Assembly: GCA_053919585.1 (NCBI GenBank)
Contig: CM132795.1
Direction: 5' to 3' (one strand)
Length of the DNA stretch: 64,000 bases
Origin: Euprymna scolopes
Taxonomy: Eukaryota
The position numbers and the translations under genes are program-made. Each line of letters begins with the position of its first letter. Position 1 is the stretch's first letter. Below the pieces are notes generated by a model. It did no database searches. It had not been told where the DNA came from and worked only from the letters and a program-made list of their open reading frames with translations. Shown in pieces: positions 62,931-64,000 of the stretch.

Positions 62931-64000
62931 ATATATATATATATGTGTGTGTGTGTGCAGAGATAATTTGAATACCTACTAGACACTGTCCTGGCGTGTC
63001 TAAGGTCTTTGTGTACAGCGCTTTGTCAAGACAAATTATCAGGATATTTCTTTCTACAAATAAATCATATTCCAAATAATATAGTCTTCAAATAAGATTC
63101 CCTCTAAAGGATTACACACTAACTTATATGATGAATGGTGCACCTTCTACAAGGGATGCCTCATCTACTTAACAGCACTAAGCTGGATACTCCACAAGAC
63201 CAGACAAATTTTTGTCTTGGAATCCAGCAAGACCAAATGACCATTAAAAAAAAATTAACCATGACATAGTTAACTGATCAATTAGGGATAGGAAAATTAA
63301 TGTTCTTTATTTTTTTTAGTCACTCAACTAAAAGGGAAATTATTATTTTTTCCCCTCTATTTTTATCTAAGAGCATTTAAAATCTGTATCTCTAAATAGT
63401 GACGAAGATCCTTTGAAAATTTTCAACAATTAGGAAAGCAGTTTTGTAAGAAAATGCATCAGATTGAGGATTAAAATAGGTTTTACAAAGAAATTTATTA
63501 TAAATAATTGGTACGTTAAGTAGAAGGTCATTAAACATGTTTTATTATATATTCGACTCACAGAACATTTTCATATTTTTTGTTTTATTAGTTTTCCATA
63601 TGTACTCACGAGTAGGGATTTTTTTTTTCTCTTGGAAATGGAATTCAGAAAATTTCCATATTGACATTTATCATGGATTTTTTTAATAATTCCATGTCTC
63701 TACATTCTTTTAGACATTTTGAAATATTGTGACAAACATCGAAACTGCAATCGGAAGGTTCCTTAATTCCATCAATGAGAAAAGAAAATCTGTATCTGTG
63801 TGACACAAAAGACATAAGAGTCTGTCAGTTTTATACAATGCAACATATTTAAAAGAAGGTCTGCTACCTAAATTCATATTTATGTAAACAGGTTTGATTA
63901 AACAAAATAAGATTGCTTTTGCCGTATGATTTAAAAAATTTTTTTCAACAACTCACAACGGTAAGATTTTGAAACTTGTGTGGGGTCAGCAGATTGAAAT

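Larger units (their letters stand above)
50260..64000 (-). pseudogene. Decayed multi-exon protein-coding gene of unidentified product, 5'-partial. Exon relics: 63957->64000, 63610-63795, ~62976-63243, 60664-60858, 58252-58397, 58063-58152, 57825-57973, 52512-52708, 51577-51945, and 51322 down to ~50260
   Basis: Minus-strand blocks bounded by Yn-AG and GT (gtgagt at 63951-56, 63604-09, 58057-62), short introns of 161, 99 and 89 nt, and chained phases 0-2-2-1-0-2 from the 60664 exon on. Protein-like translation DQNVIFV*PIEWKYVTNLYNGLGNRPH...RDERGINFDGWQSR*VK*HPLLSPMVFLEVALIFD*IF...CQYGTNGAATEYARILFRQ|VTFQPVQK. More than 25 stops, at least one frameshift, two acceptors apparently mutated AG to AA. 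Confidence 0.65.

Noticed and set aside
50260-64000. A-to-I editing rescuing the stops in the minus-strand relic
   Set aside because: A-to-I converts stops only to Trp, which fits poorly at most positions. At least one frameshift and two damaged acceptors would remain.

Overview
AT-rich animal genomic DNA with two assembly gaps. The repeat families and gene sequence suggest a mollusc, probably an octopod cephalopod (inference). The main feature is the 3' part of a UBAP2/UBAP2L (lingerer) gene on the + strand: 15 phase-consistent GT-AG coding exons from 12288 to the stop at 45296, about 849 aa. The N-terminal UBA/RGG exons are not in the window, and a ~1.8 kb 3'UTR follows. Introns and flanks hold decayed mobile elements: mariner, an RNase-H LINE with a 15-bp TSD, CR1/L2-like LINEs, RTE, Penelope-like elements with degenerate hammerhead-like ends, a Sola2-like transposase, Helitron ends and MITEs. 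The main finding is invisible in the ORF track: a large multi-exon gene relic on the - strand (about 50260 to beyond 64000), tail-to-tail with UBAP2. Its exons keep mostly canonical splice sites and chained phases but are riddled with in-frame stops. A second, less certain relic of the same kind lies antisense at 295-6555, next to a CpG-retaining, promoter-like stretch. I found no CRISPR, prokaryotic system or demonstrably new functional system. All translations and alignments were done by eye.
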